Origin: Parcubacteria bacterium C7867-008
GTDB lineage: Bacteria > Patescibacteriota > Minisyncoccia > Phycocordibacterales > Phycocordibacteraceae
Reading direction: 5' to 3'
Length of the DNA stretch: 64,000 nt
NCBI GenBank assembly: GCA_001189215.1
Contig: LFCR01000002.1
Location: forward strand, 74,677 to 138,676
Below the pieces are notes generated by a model. That model saw only the letters and a program-made list of their open reading frames with translations, had not been told where the DNA came from and searched no databases. Made by a program: the position numbers and the translations under genes. Each line of letters opens with the position of its first letter. Position 1 is the first letter of the stretch. Shown piece after piece: positions 1 through 7,629 of this stretch.

Positions 1-197
1 AGTGGTTCAGCATCCTCGGCAGTTACATGTGCAAAGCCCTCACCAAGAAGATAGATACTGTCATTCAAAGCACCTGCGCCGAGATCAAGTGCAGATTCTT
101 TTTGTTGAACATGTGGCATCGCTTGGACGATTAAACGTCGCGGAGGCTTATCTTTAGTTAGTTCGTAAAAATCCTTCCAGTTCTTCCAAAGACTCAT
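1..197 (-). CDS. class I SAM-dependent methyltransferase, N-terminal part only (gene runs off window start)
   Basis: Reverse-complement of 1-197 translates MSLWKNWKDFYELTKDKPPRRLIVQAMPHVQQKESALDLGAGALNDSIYLLGEGF..., with the glycine-rich LDLGAGAL SAM-binding motif; ATG is the complement of 195-197. Confidence 0.5.
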   Translation of the reverse strand, partial: MSLWKNWKDFYELTKDKPPRRLIVQAMPHVQQKESALDLGAGALNDSIYLLGEGFAHVTAEDAEP

Positions 198-214
198 GGC
201 TGGATTATATCAGT

Positions 215-273
215 GCTGGCAGTCTGGGAAGATGTTGGAACCTTTCTGCAATTTATGCTAGGTTCTGTCCAGA
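215..273 (+). repeat. copy 1 of conserved ~60-nt upstream element (GCTGGCAGTCTGGGAAGATGTTGGAACCTTTCTGCA...TATGCTAGGTTCTGTCCAGA)
   Basis: Near-identical sequence recurs at 824-882, 1272-1304 and 1581-1640; ends ~20 nt before RBS GGAG and ATG at 292. Confidence 0.8.
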
Positions 274-291
274 TTTGCACTGGAGAAACAC

Positions 292-780
292 ATGAGCGAC
301 GAAGCTGAGGCGAGCATCCGTTCATGTGAGGGATGCTCTGCCTGTTGCTACACACATGCAGTCGGAGAAATACAGAAATGGGAGTTCAGTACTTGCACTT
401 CATGCAGTGAAGCGGGTTGCGGAATCTACCCATCGCGGCCCCGTGCGTGCGGTTCATATTTCTGCGCCTGGGCAGTTAACGACATTGGAAACGATGACGA
501 ACGTCCGGATAAGGTAGGTGTGGTGTGCAATACACTATTCACCCGTTTCACCACGGATGATCCGCCTTCAATACTAATGCTGGAAGCATGGCCTGGCGCA
601 CTTGATGAGAGACCGGCACAGGCGCTGTTGGCTCGAATGCTTGCAGAGGGGATATCAGTCCGCACCGGAACACGAGATGGGGCACCACGCTGGCAATACC
701 ATGTTCTCGAACAAACAATGAAACCGTTTGGGCAGATGCTCGAAAAGAACAATCTTAAGGTTGTCTGGCATGATATTTGA
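292..780 (+). CDS. YkgJ-family (UPF0153) putative zinc/iron-chelating Cys-rich protein
   Basis: CEGCSACC (CxxCxxCC) followed by CTSCSEAGCGIYPSRPRACGSYFC, typical of PF03692/YkgJ family; RBS-like GGAG 8 nt upstream. Confidence 0.6.
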   Translation: MSDEAEASIRSCEGCSACCYTHAVGEIQKWEFSTCTSCSEAGCGIYPSRPRACGSYFCAWAVNDIGNDDERPDKVGVVCNTLFTRFTTDDPPSILMLEAWPGALDERPAQALLARMLAEGISVRTGTRDGAPRWQYHVLEQTMKPFGQMLEKNNLKVVWHDI

Positions 781-789
781 ACTCACTCA

Positions 790-818
790 GAGACCGCCTT
801 AGGGCGGTTTCCTTTTAT
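790..818 (+). terminator. rho-independent terminator (GACCGCC-TTAG-GGCGGTT + T-run)
   Basis: GC hairpin followed by TCCTTTTAT immediately after stop of 292..780. Confidence 0.7.
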
Positions 819-823
819 AATAG

Positions 824-882
824 TTGGCAGTCTGGGACAATGTTGGAACCTTTCTGCAATATATGCTAGGTTCTGTCCAGAA
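824..882 (+). repeat. copy 2 of conserved upstream element
   Basis: TTGGCAGTCTGGGACAATGTTGGAACCTTTCTGCAATATATGCTAGGTTCTGTCCAGA; precedes RBS AAGAGGAG and ATG 915. Confidence 0.8.
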
Positions 883-914
883 TGTCCCCACCAAACTCTT
901 AAGAGGAGATACGT

Positions 915-1205
915 ATGTCCAAAGAGCATGAGACGCGAGAAGTAAGGCCAGACGAGGCAGGTGCCATTCGTGATCTCGAAGAAGCTCACGAGAACAACTT
1001 CAGCTTCTCTCTGACCGAGGTTGAACAAGCTACATGCAAGGAATGGATGAAGACCCATGACACTGAGTGCCGTATCCGCGACACGGACACGGCGATCGGT
1101 GGTAGGTGGTCGTTCAATTTTTCCAAGACGACTCTGGGAAATGTGTGCAAGGTCAGCTGCGCATGTGGCCAGGAAAAGAATGTCACTGATTATGGCTGCT
1201 GGTGA
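915..1205 (+). CDS. small Cys-rich hypothetical protein (96 aa, 6 Cys, acidic N-terminal half)
   Basis: ORF with strong RBS AAGAGGAGAT 6 nt upstream; Cys pattern CKEW...ECRI...VCKVSCACG...GCW; no family recognised. Confidence 0.5.
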   Translation: MSKEHETREVRPDEAGAIRDLEEAHENNFSFSLTEVEQATCKEWMKTHDTECRIRDTDTAIGGRWSFNFSKTTLGNVCKVSCACGQEKNVTDYGCW

Positions 1206-1271
1206 ACTGAACAGATAATTCGAGAAGCTGAAAGTACAATACGTACGAGTAGGCTTTTCTCTTTATATATT

Positions 1272-1304
1272 GCTGGCAGTCTGGGACGATGTTGGAACCT
1301 TTTT
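1272..1304 (+). repeat. copy 3 (truncated) of conserved upstream element
   Basis: GCTGGCAGTCTGGGACGATGTTGGAACCTTTT then diverges; overlaps the stop of the minus-strand ORF 1303..1560. Confidence 0.7.
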
Positions 1305-1560
1305 ATGTATTCGGGCTCTTCATAAGCAGGAAAGGCAGCATGAGAAACGGCGCGAACAAACAGTAAATCGGATCAGAAAAATTCAACAATAGGATAAATA
1401 TCACTCCACCTGCTACTAGTGAAACAAGTAATATCAATAAACGGTATGATTTTTGTTTTGCAGCAACCTGTGTTGCAGGAAGTCTTTCCATTATGTTTAG
1501 CACTATGAAAGCAATAGGCCCGCCAACGGCAAACGCGAGAAATCCAAAGCCGAGTAACAT
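1303..1560 (-). CDS. small hydrophobic membrane protein (85 aa), hypothetical
   Basis: ORF-track 1303..1716 trimmed to internal Met (MLLGFGFLAFAVGG...) because the longer form runs through repeat copy 4 and into the next gene; 2-3 predicted TM helices. Confidence 0.4.
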   Translation of the reverse strand: MLLGFGFLAFAVGGPIAFIVLNIMERLPATQVAAKQKSYRLLILLVSLVAGGVIFILLLNFSDPIYCLFAPFLMLPFLLMKSPNT

Positions 1561-1580
1561 ATTTAGATAGTAGCATCCTT

Positions 1581-1640
1581 GCTGGCAGTCTGGGACGATG
1601 TTGGAACCTTTCTGCACCGTATGGTACGTTCTGTCTAGAC
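1581..1640 (+). repeat. copy 4 of conserved upstream element
   Basis: GCTGGCAGTCTGGGACGATGTTGGAACCTTTCTGCACCGTATGGTACGTTCTGTCTAGAC; ends 20 nt before RBS GAGGGG and ATG 1660. Confidence 0.8.
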
Positions 1641-1659
1641 TTATTTGAGGGGAACCAGC

Positions 1660-2127
1660 ATGCAAAAACTCGTCCTTGTGCGTCATGGGGAATACAGCAC
1701 GGTAGACGGCCAACATCTCCTGAACGATGAAGGTCGCCAGCAGATGTCTGTACTTGCAACTAAGCTAAAGGCGTTGATTGGTGGTCAGCGGGCCGTACTG
1801 CACACATCATCTGCACCCCGGGCCACCGCCAGTGCAGCAATCCTTGCAGACGCTCTGGACGTTCCCTGCGAGGAACATCTTGAGCTCTGGTCTGGGGGTG
1901 ACGGCGTGGGTCACTATCCGGATACACACGCCATGGTCTTGCAGATCATGGAGTGGGCGAAGGAGTATGACGTTCTCATTCTCGTCACTCACATGGAGTT
2001 CGTCGAACGGCTGCCCATCAAATTCGCCAACCTCGTCTTCAAGACAGCGATACGCGAGGTGCACATTCCGAAAGGCCATGCCGGTGTCATCGATTGCGAC
2101 ACCAAGCTAATGTCCCAAGTTTCCTGA
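1660..2127 (+). CDS. histidine phosphatase superfamily protein (SixA / phosphoglycerate-mutase-like)
   Basis: N-terminal LVLVRHGE catalytic RHG motif; start moved from TTG 1645 to ATG 1660, which has RBS GAGGGG 7 nt upstream. Confidence 0.6.
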   Translation: MQKLVLVRHGEYSTVDGQHLLNDEGRQQMSVLATKLKALIGGQRAVLHTSSAPRATASAAILADALDVPCEEHLELWSGGDGVGHYPDTHAMVLQIMEWAKEYDVLILVTHMEFVERLPIKFANLVFKTAIREVHIPKGHAGVIDCDTKLMSQVS

Positions 2128-2140
2128 ACACCTACCGCCT

Positions 2141-2188
2141 GAAGAAGCCCGGAGAAATCCATCGCTTCTCCGGGCGGCTTCTTTTTAT
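2141..2188 (+). terminator. rho-independent terminator
   Basis: GAAGAAGCCCGGAGAA...TTCTCCGGGCGGCTTC hairpin followed by TTTTTAT. Confidence 0.7.
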
Positions 2189-2229
2189 ACAAATGATTGC
2201 TGGGAGACTAGGGATCGAACCTTAATTTG

Positions 2230-2300
2230 TCGGGGTGCGGGGAATTGAACCCCGTCTAACTGGTCCCAAACCAGTCGTACTACCGGTATACGACACCCCG
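2230..2300 (-). tRNA. tRNA-Pro (anticodon TGG), no encoded CCA
   Basis: Minus-strand cloverleaf: acceptor CGGGGTG/CACCCCG, anticodon stem ACTGG/CCAGT with loop TTTGGGA, T-arm CGGGG-TTCAATT-CCCCG. Confidence 0.8.
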
Positions 2301-2603
2301 TATGAACGAAAGGACTGCGCGAGGACATGTCCTATGTAAATGCATCCTACCAGATTTTTGATTTTAGCCCACCCAGTTAACGGTGTCTGAATTTTAACCA
2401 TTAAAGTGGCATGTAAAGATATTCACATAACCACTTCTCTTCGCCATTAGTAATGTCTTTATGTGAAGAAGTCTTCATATTCACGACCTTAAATAATACA
2501 GCCTAAATATTAATGATTTCTTGGAAATCTTATAAATCATTCCTGGAGATACTGTCCTTTATCCCCACTGTCCCCCACGTTGTCCACAGTTATACACAAA
2601 TCA

Positions 2604-2630
2604 AAAAGACGGTCTCAGGACCGTCTTTTT
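2604..2630. terminator. bidirectional hairpin terminator (AAAAAGACGGTC-TCAG-GACCGTCTTTTT)
   Basis: Perfect 8-bp GC stem flanked by A-run and T-run; lies just 3' of minus-strand tRNA-Gly. Confidence 0.7.
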
Positions 2631-2639
2631 GATTTTACC

Positions 2640-2713
2640 TGGTGCGGATAGGGAGAATCGAACTCCCGACTCGTCCTTGGCAAGGACGCGTTTTACCACT
2701 AAACCATATCCGC
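2640..2713 (-). tRNA. tRNA-Gly (anticodon GCC), CCA encoded
   Basis: Acceptor GCGGATA/TATCCGC, anticodon stem CGTCC/GGACG with loop TTGCCAA, T-arm GGGAG-TTCGATT-CTCCC, 3' ACCA. Confidence 0.8.
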
Positions 2714-2740
2714 TACAGGGCCGATAATAACACCCCTTCC

Positions 2741-3739
2741 CTACTTTGTCTTCTTGGCGAGGCGTAAAGATGAGTAGTATGCAGCACCAACGAAGATAAG
2801 TCCTGCTGAACCTGTAATGATTTCAGGTACTTCCACAAAGATGCTGGTGAGCATGGCTATAGCAAGTGCCAAAATAGCCCAGTGTGCGCCGTGTTCAAGG
2901 TATACGAGAGCATCAAGTGTCTTACGACGCACCAGATAGACCGTAAGGGATCGTACGAAGTATGCACCGATACCGAGACCAACAACGATGAGAAGAAGCT
3001 CATTGGTGAGGGCAAAAGCACCAACCACACCATCTAGAGAGAAAGCCGCATCGAGTATGTTGAGGTATACGAAGAGGGCTGCACTCCCCGCCCCAATAGA
3101 CTTCTCTGCGCCCTTTGTGAAAGAGTTTGCAACACCCTGAATAACAATGAACAGCACAATGCCAACAACACCAGCAAGAAGAACATTAGCTGAATGATCT
3201 GGCATAAGCAACGCAAGCACAATAAGCACCACAAGACTTATTCCGATCTCTATTGCCTCAATCTTTCCCCACCCTGCCACAATGCGCTCAATAGAACGTA
3301 TCCAGTGGATGTCCTTTCCAACACTAAAGAAGTACTTGAGTGAAACCATGAGCAGGAAGATGCCTCCGAATGCAGAGATTGCATGCCGAGCGCCCTCAAG
3401 TAGATGTCCATATTCATTTGGATTGAAAGCTGCAAGCTGAGCGATCATCCATGGTGACGCACCGACGCTGGCACTCACGATGAGAATTGGTAGCACAAAT
3501 CGTGTACCAAAAACCGCAACAAGTATTCCCCACGTTAGGAAGCGCTTCTGCCACTTCTCATCCATGTTCGCGAGGATCTTTGCATTTACCACCGCATTAT
3601 CGAAAGACAGTGTTACTTCGAGTATTACGAGCAGTGTCGCAATGAAAAATGCCTCCGGACCACCCCACCAAAACACTCCGGCAAGGATTGCAATTGAGAC
3701 AATAACTGGAAGCGCGAATGCGCGAATGGCTGAGTTCAT
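2741..3739 (-). CDS. TerC/DUF475-family integral membrane protein
   Basis: Polytopic membrane protein with EVTLSFDNAVVNA and AFSLDGVVGAF motifs characteristic of TerC-like families. Confidence 0.55.
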   Translation of the reverse strand: MNSAIRAFALPVIVSIAILAGVFWWGGPEAFFIATLLVILEVTLSFDNAVVNAKILANMDEKWQKRFLTWGILVAVFGTRFVLPILIVSASVGASPWMIAQLAAFNPNEYGHLLEGARHAISAFGGIFLLMVSLKYFFSVGKDIHWIRSIERIVAGWGKIEAIEIGISLVVLIVLALLMPDHSANVLLAGVVGIVLFIVIQGVANSFTKGAEKSIGAGSAALFVYLNILDAAFSLDGVVGAFALTNELLLIVVGLGIGAYFVRSLTVYLVRRKTLDALVYLEHGAHWAILALAIAMLTSIFVEVPEIITGSAGLIFVGAAYYSSLRLAKKTK

Positions 3740-3766
3740 TTCCCTACTATACCGTATTCTCTATTG

Positions 3767-3838
3767 TGCTCCCGCCAGGACTCGAACCTGGAACGACTGA
3801 TCCGAAGTCAGTAATGATATCCATTTCACCACGAGAGC
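3767..3838 (-). tRNA. tRNA-Arg (anticodon TCG), no encoded CCA
   Basis: Acceptor GCTCTCG/CGGGAGC, anticodon stem ACTGA/TCAGT with loop CTTCGGA, T-arm CCAGG-TTCGAGT-CCTGG. Confidence 0.75.
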
Positions 3839-3903
3839 GTTCTTGCCTTTGCATACTACGATAGAGCTAGGAGAATGGCGAGTAGCATACTAGTATTTTT
3901 GTA

Positions 3904-5367
3904 ATGAACATGCGCGTTCCAAGTGAGGTGCGAACAGTAGCTGAAGGCCTTAGAGCAGGCGGCTATGAGGCCTATTTGGTCGGTGGCTGTGTACGAGACC
4001 TTTTGCTTGATCGAACCCCTAAAGACTGGGATCTAACTACTGATGCAAAGCCTGAAGATATTCAGCGTCTATTTCCTGAATCCTTCTACGAGAACGACTT
4101 TGGGACGGTGGGAATAAAGACAGAGTCTGAAGACGATCGGTTGGCAGTCATTGAAGTAACCCCCTACCGCACAGAGACTGGATATTCAGATAAACGCCGT
4201 CCTGATGCTGTGGCATTTGGGGATAGTTTGGAAGAAGACCTTGCGCGCCGAGACTTCTCGGTAAACGCTATTGCCTACGATGAATCTAAAGGACAAATCG
4301 TAGATCCGTATCAAGGACAAAAGGACATTGAGCTAAAAGTACTACGTACGGTGGGTATCGCAGCTGATCGGTTTGAAGAAGATGCCCTGCGTCTTATGCG
4401 AGCAGTGCGTTTAGTTGCTGAACTTGAATTTGCCTTAGATGCGGATACTGCTGCAGCAATATTGGAAAAAGGTCCTAATCTTAAGCATGTTTCACGTGAA
4501 AGAATACGGGATGAGTTTGTACGTATTCTTGAGTCTAAACAGCCTATGCAGGCCCTTGTATTGGCTCAGCAGCTTGGAATCCTTGAGTATATCGCCCCTG
4601 AGCTAACCAAAGGTATTGGTATAGAACAGAACCAAGCACACAGCTATGACGTGTTCGGTCATCTTATGCGTGCCTTGCAGCACGCAGCAGATAAAGACTG
4701 GCCTCTTGAATTAAGGCTTTCGGCTGTATTTCATGATGTTTCAAAGCCTGAAACACGTCGTTGGTCCGATGATAAGAAGGACTGGACCTTCCACGGCCAC
4801 GAAGTGGTTGGTGCCCGTACAACAAGAAAAGCGCTTGAAAATATGAGGTTTTCACGTGAAACCATCGAAAAAGTATCGAAATTAGTGCGTTGGCACATGT
4901 TCTTCTCAGACCCTGACCAGATTACTCTTTCAGCTGTTCGTCGAATGATTCGTAATGTTGGCGAGAAAAACATCTGGGATCTTCTAAACCTCCGTATTTG
5001 TGACCGTATTGGCACTGGACGACCTAAGGAACAGCCTTTTAGGTTCCGTAAATATAAAGCAATGGTTGAGGAAGCACTTAGAGACCCAATTTCTGTAGGA
5101 ATGCTTAAAACAGATGGCTCAAGACTTATGAATAAGTTTCACATGAAACCAAGTCCTGAGCTTGGATGGATATTAAACGCCCTTTTGGAGGATGTTTTGG
5201 AGAACCCGGCTCGAAATACTGAGGAGTATCTTGATATTAAGACTAAGGAGCTAATGGCTCTATCCACTGAAAAACTTAAGGAATTGGGGGATTCAGGTAA
5301 GAAAAAGCGAGAGGAGAAAGAATCTGAGGAACTGCAGAAGATACTTGAGAAACACGGAGTAGCATAG
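3904..5367 (+). CDS. cca: CCA-adding tRNA nucleotidyltransferase with HD domain
   Basis: GGCVRDLLLDRTPKDWDLTT polymerase-beta-type NT motif at N-terminus plus HD-domain-like FHDVSKPE; product fits a genome where half the tRNAs lack encoded CCA. Confidence 0.75.
   Translation: MNMRVPSEVRTVAEGLRAGGYEAYLVGGCVRDLLLDRTPKDWDLTTDAKPEDIQRLFPESFYENDFGTVGIKTESEDDRLAVIEVTPYRTETGYSDKRRPDAVAFGDSLEEDLARRDFSVNAIAYDESKGQIVDPYQGQKDIELKVLRTVGIAADRFEEDALRLMRAVRLVAELEFALDADTAAAILEKGPNLKHVSRERIRDEFVRILESKQPMQALVLAQQLGILEYIAPELTKGIGIEQNQAHSYDVFGHLMRALQHAADKDWPLELRLSAVFHDVSKPETRRWSDDKKDWTFHGHEVVGARTTRKALENMRFSRETIEKVSKLVRWHMFFSDPDQITLSAVRRMIRNVGEKNIWDLLNLRICDRIGTGRPKEQPFRFRKYKAMVEEALRDPISVGMLKTDGSRLMNKFHMKPSPELGWILNALLEDVLENPARNTEEYLDIKTKELMALSTEKLKELGDSGKKKREEKESEELQKILEKHGVA
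4490..4501. repeat. palindrome TTTCACGTGAAA (copy a, inside cca ORF)
   Basis: Exact 12-mer palindrome; one of four copies within 1.1 kb. Confidence 0.8.
4850..4861. repeat. palindrome TTTTCACGTGAAAC (copy b, inside cca ORF)
   Basis: 15-mer GTTTTCACGTGAAAC identical to copies c and d. Confidence 0.8.
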
Positions 5368-5368
5368 T

Positions 5369-5380
5369 TTTCACGTGAAA
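5369..5380. repeat. palindrome TTTTCACGTGAAAC (copy c, immediately after cca stop)
   Basis: Starts 1 nt after TAG stop of cca. Confidence 0.8.
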
Positions 5381-5564
5381 CGGGCTTATATAGCCTTAAA
5401 TATAAATATTTAGGGTGTTTCGTGTGGAACCTAAGGTATATAAATAACTAGAGACCCGTAGGGGTCTCTGTTGCGGTCAACCAGGTCTGAAGACAAGGTT
5501 GGGGTTGGGCATTTGGTGAACGTCTTCAAGGAGAAATTTCCCTGGCTAACTTAAAAGAATGCGT

Positions 5565-5576
5565 TTTCACGTGAAA
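5565..5576. repeat. palindrome TTTTCACGTGAAAC (copy d, intergenic)
   Basis: Same 15-mer in 450-nt noncoding gap. Confidence 0.8.
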
Positions 5577-5819
5577 CTTCCGAATCTGACCCATTTATTA
5601 TTCAGGGAATACATCCCGATTATGTTGGTCGATCAGCTTTCAGGTGACAGCGCCTATGATGTTTGAGCACAAAGAGCTCCAAAAGAACTACCGAATCGAG
5701 ATTCGGCAATCCCTTCGCAGGTCTTTGCCGTCTCGTCCTTACGTATCATATATCCATAAAGGACATCGTAAAGGACACAGGAGTGGATAACTTATATAAA
5801 TGTCCTTTATATGTAGTAC

Positions 5820-6584
5820 CTAGAGCGTTATTGAAAGAGGGCAGTGATCTGAACCATATACCGCTGAATGGATTTCAGCTTTCTTTATGTGCTTAACAAA
5901 TTCCTTAGATACAAAGAAATAATCGATACGCCAACCTACATTTCGCTCCCGAGCACGGGTGAGAGTATCCCAGTATGTATACGCATCTGCCTGCTGTGGG
6001 TGGAAGTGTCTGAAAGTATCTACGTATCCCGCCTCAATAACCTCATCAAGCCATTTACGTTCAATCTCTAGGAATCCTGTAGTTTTCTCGTTTTCCTTTG
6101 GGCGAGCCAAATCAATAGGGAAGTGTGCGGTGTTTACATCCCCACAGAACACAACGGGCTTTGATTTTCTAAGTCCTTCACAGAAAGCCAGAAAGTCCTC
6201 GTAATATCGCAGCTTGAAGTCTAGACGCTCTGGGCCACGTCCACCGTTAGGGAAGTAGATATTAAGGAGCCAGAAATCTTCATATTCTGCGCCAATCAGA
6301 CGGCCTTCGTCATCAAACTCTTTAATTCCCATCCCATATATGACAGAGAGTGGTTCAATTCGTGAGTATATTGCTACTCCGCTATAGCCTTTCTTTATCT
6401 TGCAGGGAGAGAAGAATGCTGAGAACCCCCCTAAATTAAGGACATTTTCAGGGAGCTGCTCTGGCTCTGCTTTAACTTCTTGGAAACAGAATATATCTGG
6501 TTTAACTGCCTTAAGAAAGGGTTCCCAGTACCCATTACGCTCAACTGCACGAAGGCCATTAACATTCCACGAGACAATCTTCAT
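5820..6584 (-). CDS. xth: exodeoxyribonuclease III (AP endonuclease, ExoIII/APE1 family)
   Basis: MKIVSWNVNGLRA N-terminus, FCFQE, and C-terminal SDHCP motifs. Confidence 0.85.
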   Translation of the reverse strand: MKIVSWNVNGLRAVERNGYWEPFLKAVKPDIFCFQEVKAEPEQLPENVLNLGGFSAFFSPCKIKKGYSGVAIYSRIEPLSVIYGMGIKEFDDEGRLIGAEYEDFWLLNIYFPNGGRGPERLDFKLRYYEDFLAFCEGLRKSKPVVFCGDVNTAHFPIDLARPKENEKTTGFLEIERKWLDEVIEAGYVDTFRHFHPQQADAYTYWDTLTRARERNVGWRIDYFFVSKEFVKHIKKAEIHSAVYGSDHCPLSITL

Positions 6585-6602
6585 TCGAATATTGTACGAT
6601 AC

Positions 6603-7526
6603 CTATCCCTTACGACGCGAGTGAAACTTCTTATGTACCTCACGTAGGTGAGCATCGGTGACATGCGTGTATATCTGGGTAGTATTTATGGAAGCGTGTC
6701 CCAGCATTTGCTGCACGGAACGTATATCTGCTCCGTTATTTAGGAGATCAGTCGCAAATGAGTGGCGCATGACGTGTGGAGTCACTTTCTTAGTGATACC
6801 TGCCTTAGCTGCATAAATCTTTATCATTCGTTCAATGGAGCGTGGGGTAAGTCGGGTAGGGGTGCGCTTGGAGACCTTTTCTGGGTCTTTGCTCAGCATT
6901 GGGGGCATATTCACAAATAATGCCTCGTCCATATCCTTACGTGCCTTCAGATAGGCTTGGATCGCTGCTTTAGCTTCGTCAGAGAGAAATACCACACGCA
7001 CCTTTTCTCCTTTACCCCGGATAGGGAAGTCGTCTCGTGAAAGATCGAGGTCTGTATTTAAAGAGCAAAGCTCAGAAACACGTAGTCCGGTGGAGAAGAG
7101 GAGCTCAAGAATGGCCTTATCTCTAAGTGATTTCTCATCCGTGCCACTGGCAGAGGTGAGTAACCGATCAAGTTCGGTAGGTGAGATCAGGTCCAAATGG
7201 CGCTCCGGAACCTTGGCGAGCTCAATACGTTCAGGAGATAGGCCTTCAATGCCACGTTTCCGAAGGAATTTAAGGAATGCCCGGAGCGCAATGAGGTAAT
7301 AATTCTGGGTACGGCGTTTCATTGTCCCTGAAACACCTGGCTGGCGATTCAACCAGAGACGGAATTCACGAATTTTCTCTTCTGTTATGTCGGAAACCTC
7401 TTTTATGCCCATTTGGTCAAAGAAACGGCTTAGATAGTGGTCATAGTTCTCAATAGTTTTAACTGCCCGACCACGCTCGATTTCCGTATATTCCAAGAAC
7501 TGACGCTTCCATTCCTCAATATTCAT
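6603..7526 (-). CDS. tyrosine site-specific recombinase, XerC/XerD family
   Basis: C-terminal catalytic region HVMRHSFATDLLNNGADIRSVQQMLGHASINTTQIYTHV with the R...HxxR...Y tetrad. Confidence 0.8.
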   Translation of the reverse strand: MNIEEWKRQFLEYTEIERGRAVKTIENYDHYLSRFFDQMGIKEVSDITEEKIREFRLWLNRQPGVSGTMKRRTQNYYLIALRAFLKFLRKRGIEGLSPERIELAKVPERHLDLISPTELDRLLTSASGTDEKSLRDKAILELLFSTGLRVSELCSLNTDLDLSRDDFPIRGKGEKVRVVFLSDEAKAAIQAYLKARKDMDEALFVNMPPMLSKDPEKVSKRTPTRLTPRSIERMIKIYAAKAGITKKVTPHVMRHSFATDLLNNGADIRSVQQMLGHASINTTQIYTHVTDAHLREVHKKFHSRRKG

Positions 7527-7629
7527 AGGGTACGTATATTGTACGACACAGTGTCTTACAGGCTGGATTGGGGTGGGGAGAGTAAGGACACACTTGCGCG
7601 ATTAATCAAGGTGTGGTAGGATACATTCA

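Noticed and set aside
215-1640. Reading the conserved upstream element as a sigma-54 (-24/-12) promoter because of TGGCAG...TTGGAAC...TGCA
   Set aside because: GG and GC dinucleotides are not at the required 10-nt spacing in any of the four copies.
215-1640. Integron attC/cassette interpretation of the repeated element
   Set aside because: No RYYYAAC/GTTRRRY core sites. The element is 5' (not 3') of the genes. No integrase is adjacent.
1303-1759. Long minus-strand ORFs 1303..1716 and 1373..1759 from the track
   Set aside because: They run through repeat copy 4 and into the start of the plus-strand gene, and lack an RBS. Only the internal-Met version (1303..1560) was kept, at low confidence.
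2195-2229. A second complete tRNA gene adjacent to tRNA-Pro
   Set aside because: Only a T-arm-like segment is present, with no acceptor, D or anticodon arms. Listed as a fragment in the findings instead.
2581-2600. DnaA-box-like pair TGTCCACAG / TTATACACA as an origin
   Set aside because: Isolated, and far from dnaA. The genuine oriC context is at 28.4-30.1 kb.
5470-5550. Possible SRP (4.5S) RNA because of ACCAGGTC...GAAG...CAAGG
   Set aside because: The conserved GGAA-tetraloop / AGCAGC domain IV motif is not present.
5663-5896. 77-aa ORF in the cca-xth gap
   Set aside because: No RBS and no family. It overlaps the xth 3' end and is probably non-coding.
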